A DNA stretch of 64,000 nucleotides, from NCBI GenBank assembly GCA_052327205.1, contig CM126212.1, positions 89,838,001 through 89,902,000 on the forward strand. The letters run 5' to 3'. This DNA comes from Somniosus microcephalus. Lineage: Eukaryota. Position 1 is the stretch's first letter. Every line of letters begins with the position of its first letter. Under the pieces are notes generated by a model, which searched no databases, was not told the origin of the DNA, and saw only the letters and a program-made list of their open reading frames with translations. Position numbers and translations under genes: made by a program. Of this stretch, positions 61,451-64,000 are shown one piece after another.

Positions 61451-64000
61451 AGAGAGAAAGAAAGCACGTGAGAGAGCAAACTCTTTAGAGCATAGCAAGT
61501 GTTTTTTTTTTTTTAAAAACACTTAAAGAATTCAAAAGCTCGAAAAAGCTTCCAGAAATCCAAGGGTTAATGTAAGCCACATAAGCACCTCACAGAAGTC
61601 AGTCTATTTCTTGATAGCAGTACAATAAAACCACAGCTGTCATTAGTCAGGTTAACCCTAATTATGTACAAAACCAACACCACCAAATCCAGGCACACAG
61701 TAAAATGCTGGTTACTGTTCAGCAAACAGCCCTAGGAGACGCAATAACTACCCAACAAGGCGGCCAACAGGTCGTCCTCCTCTTTGCCCCCACCCCACAC
61801 ACAATTCCGCTGCAGTTTCTGGGATGCAGACAGGAATGTGGCAAGCCAGAAAAGCAACTGAGAGCAGCCTGCTCATGATTAATTGGACAAGATGTCGAAT
61901 CTCTAGCTGGAAACTACACTTTACAGCTTCTTAGTAGCACATCACCATTTAACAAACTGAATTTGCTGGTTACTTTCATGATAAAAATAGAAGCTCCAGC
62001 AGAGATTCTGCAATCAACAAGTTCTGCCCCGCATGACTGCATCACAGCCTAGGAGTAAGTGACTTATTTCCCAGCAACTCCCTGGTGTACAAATGTTCTG
62101 CTTTATTGGGGACCCTTTAAACACGAGTGAAAGTTAGTTAGTTTTACAAAATGAAAGGCTCAAACTTCCTTATTCTCCCACTACAGTTTATTCTTGAAAC
62201 TTGGTGCAGAATTACTTCAACTAAAAAGGCATTAATTCAGTGGTGGACTTAATTACCCTACAATTCACACTGAGGGAAGGGACTTTCAAAAGAGACACTT
62301 CAGCTTACAGAATAAATGTAGGATTGCTTAAAACACAATACAGCAGGAATCAGGCAAGAGGCCAGTCCTGACAGTGTTTAAGCATCAAGCCTAAGATGGA
62401 AGAAATTGGAGTTGTAGGGGAATACCTGAAAACCAGTGATTGTACAGTCATTACATTGGACAATCAGAAGATGGACAGACCCGATTTCACAAAACCTAAT
62501 TAAATCCCACAAGAGACCCAATGAAGAATCTTTAAGCGTGGTGGGTAAGAAAGCAGGAATGGAAGGATAAATAAATAAGCTAACACCAAAAGGCCAGACT
62601 CAATGATTTACAATACATTTTTTTTATTTAGATTCAAGCAGAGGAGGGATTGGAAAATCTATAAAGTGAAGATAAACCAGAATGAAATGAAGAATGGAAC
62701 TGAAATGCTCCTACTATCTTTACATTGCCCCTAGAACGAGAGAGATAGAAACCATACCACATTCCAAACTCCCAACTAAATAATTAACCAGACTGGCTGC
62801 CTCTATAGGGATTAGGGTACTCCTGATCACCCCTCCTTTACCAGAATCAGACTGTACTCCTGTTGGACTCAGATCAGGATTTCTGCAAACTGGTGAAAGT
62901 CACCTACTAATCTTTGAACCACAGGCAGTCAGTCAGCAATTAAATCTGAACAACATTGCCCAACGTTCTACACAAAAGTGCTTAGAAATCCAAAATTTAT
63001 TGGCATCTCAGTGATACTTGGCAGTGGTTTTACTTAGTGTACCGATGCGCAGAAAAAGAGCACTCTCTTTAGAAAGCAAATTCCGTATGCTGGGCATGAA
63101 TAGGAGCTGGTCTGGTCGTACAGAATCCCACACACTGAGTACAAGGGGGATAGTACCCAAGAATTTGGATTTGGTAGCTTATCTGAGGCGGACATCAGTG
63201 TGCTATGGAACAAAGATAACGCGACACCTTGTCAGTCACATAGAAATGCAAGTCTGCATGCTAAAAGTAATGAGCAACAGAAATGAAGGAAAAGATCACA
63301 ACCAACACTGGCACAAATTGGTCTCAGTTTGCACAAATGGAGACTTAAATCTGAAGAAGGCTGGTCTGGCCTTTCACATGGCTTCATTTTCCAGGCAAAT
63401 TCAATGAATCTGGATCGCATAGGGAATGCAACTAAATTTCTAATAGGCATCACGTGACTCTTCAACTAGCTCAGCAAAAGGCCTCTATTCAGTAACAAAT
63501 ATGAGTAGTTCAGGACAACCCCCCCACCACCCGCCAAAGAGGTTCCAGTTATTTTCGCACCAAGTGGGAAGCTTCCTGATGCGGTCAAGATGCCCACAAT
63601 GAAGAGAAGGCCCTTACACAGATCAGCTGGGCCCTCTGAAGCAGCTCACTGCCAAATGGGTTAGTAACCTGTCCATGATGACTGAAAAACTGCATGGTTA
63701 AAATAGGCCTTCAGAGTTTCAAGTTACGTTTTATTTGTTCTTTAAATTGGATTAAAAGAAAAATCAGGTGAAATCAGTAGCAAACAAAACACATCTTGGC
63801 TTTTCATGTCAAATATGAACAAAGTTCAAACTCACACAACCTTGGGTTTAATCAACAAAACAAATTTAAAACAGGTCTTCCCAGAGAATGTTAAAAAAAA
63901 GATATGCAACATTAGCTGCATCCTGTGCCTCCTCCCCCGTGGAACTTAATACATCCATCTGTACATTGCAGGCAACTTAAGATGTGCTGTAATGCTGCTC

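Noticed and set aside
48806-64000. RAB11FIP3 exon 1 (first EF-hand)
   Set aside because: No VFDALD/DGDG-like peptide was found; exon 1 probably lies beyond the window.

Overview
This is vertebrate genomic DNA, and the repeat landscape (CR1, L2, RTE, Rex1, Deu-type SINEs) points to a cartilaginous fish. Two genes converge tail to tail. The last coding exon of CLUAP1/IFT38 lies on + at 919-1083. Fourteen coding exons of RAB11FIP3 lie on - at 48805-4526, and its exon 1 was not found in the window. All 14 RAB11FIP3 exons splice in frame, but one junction needs a GC-AG intron, and the set includes a symmetric CxxCH cassette exon. The rest is repeat-rich intron. The most unusual element is an apparently full-length, single-ORF LINE at 56752-59880 (-). 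Its 5' end is a tRNA-type A-box/B-box head, and its roughly 3.1 kb sense strand has no TTTT run, as expected for an RNA polymerase III transcript. A SINE built from its 5' and 3' ends also occurs in the window. Other notable items are a CR1 inserted against the exon 2 acceptor (creating a stop-introducing cryptic splice site), a young Rex1 and a CTCF-motif solo LTR nested in CR1 copies, a Tigger-like MITE and two minisatellites. Gene and family names come from recalled sequence similarity, not database searches, and most repeat boundaries are approximate.
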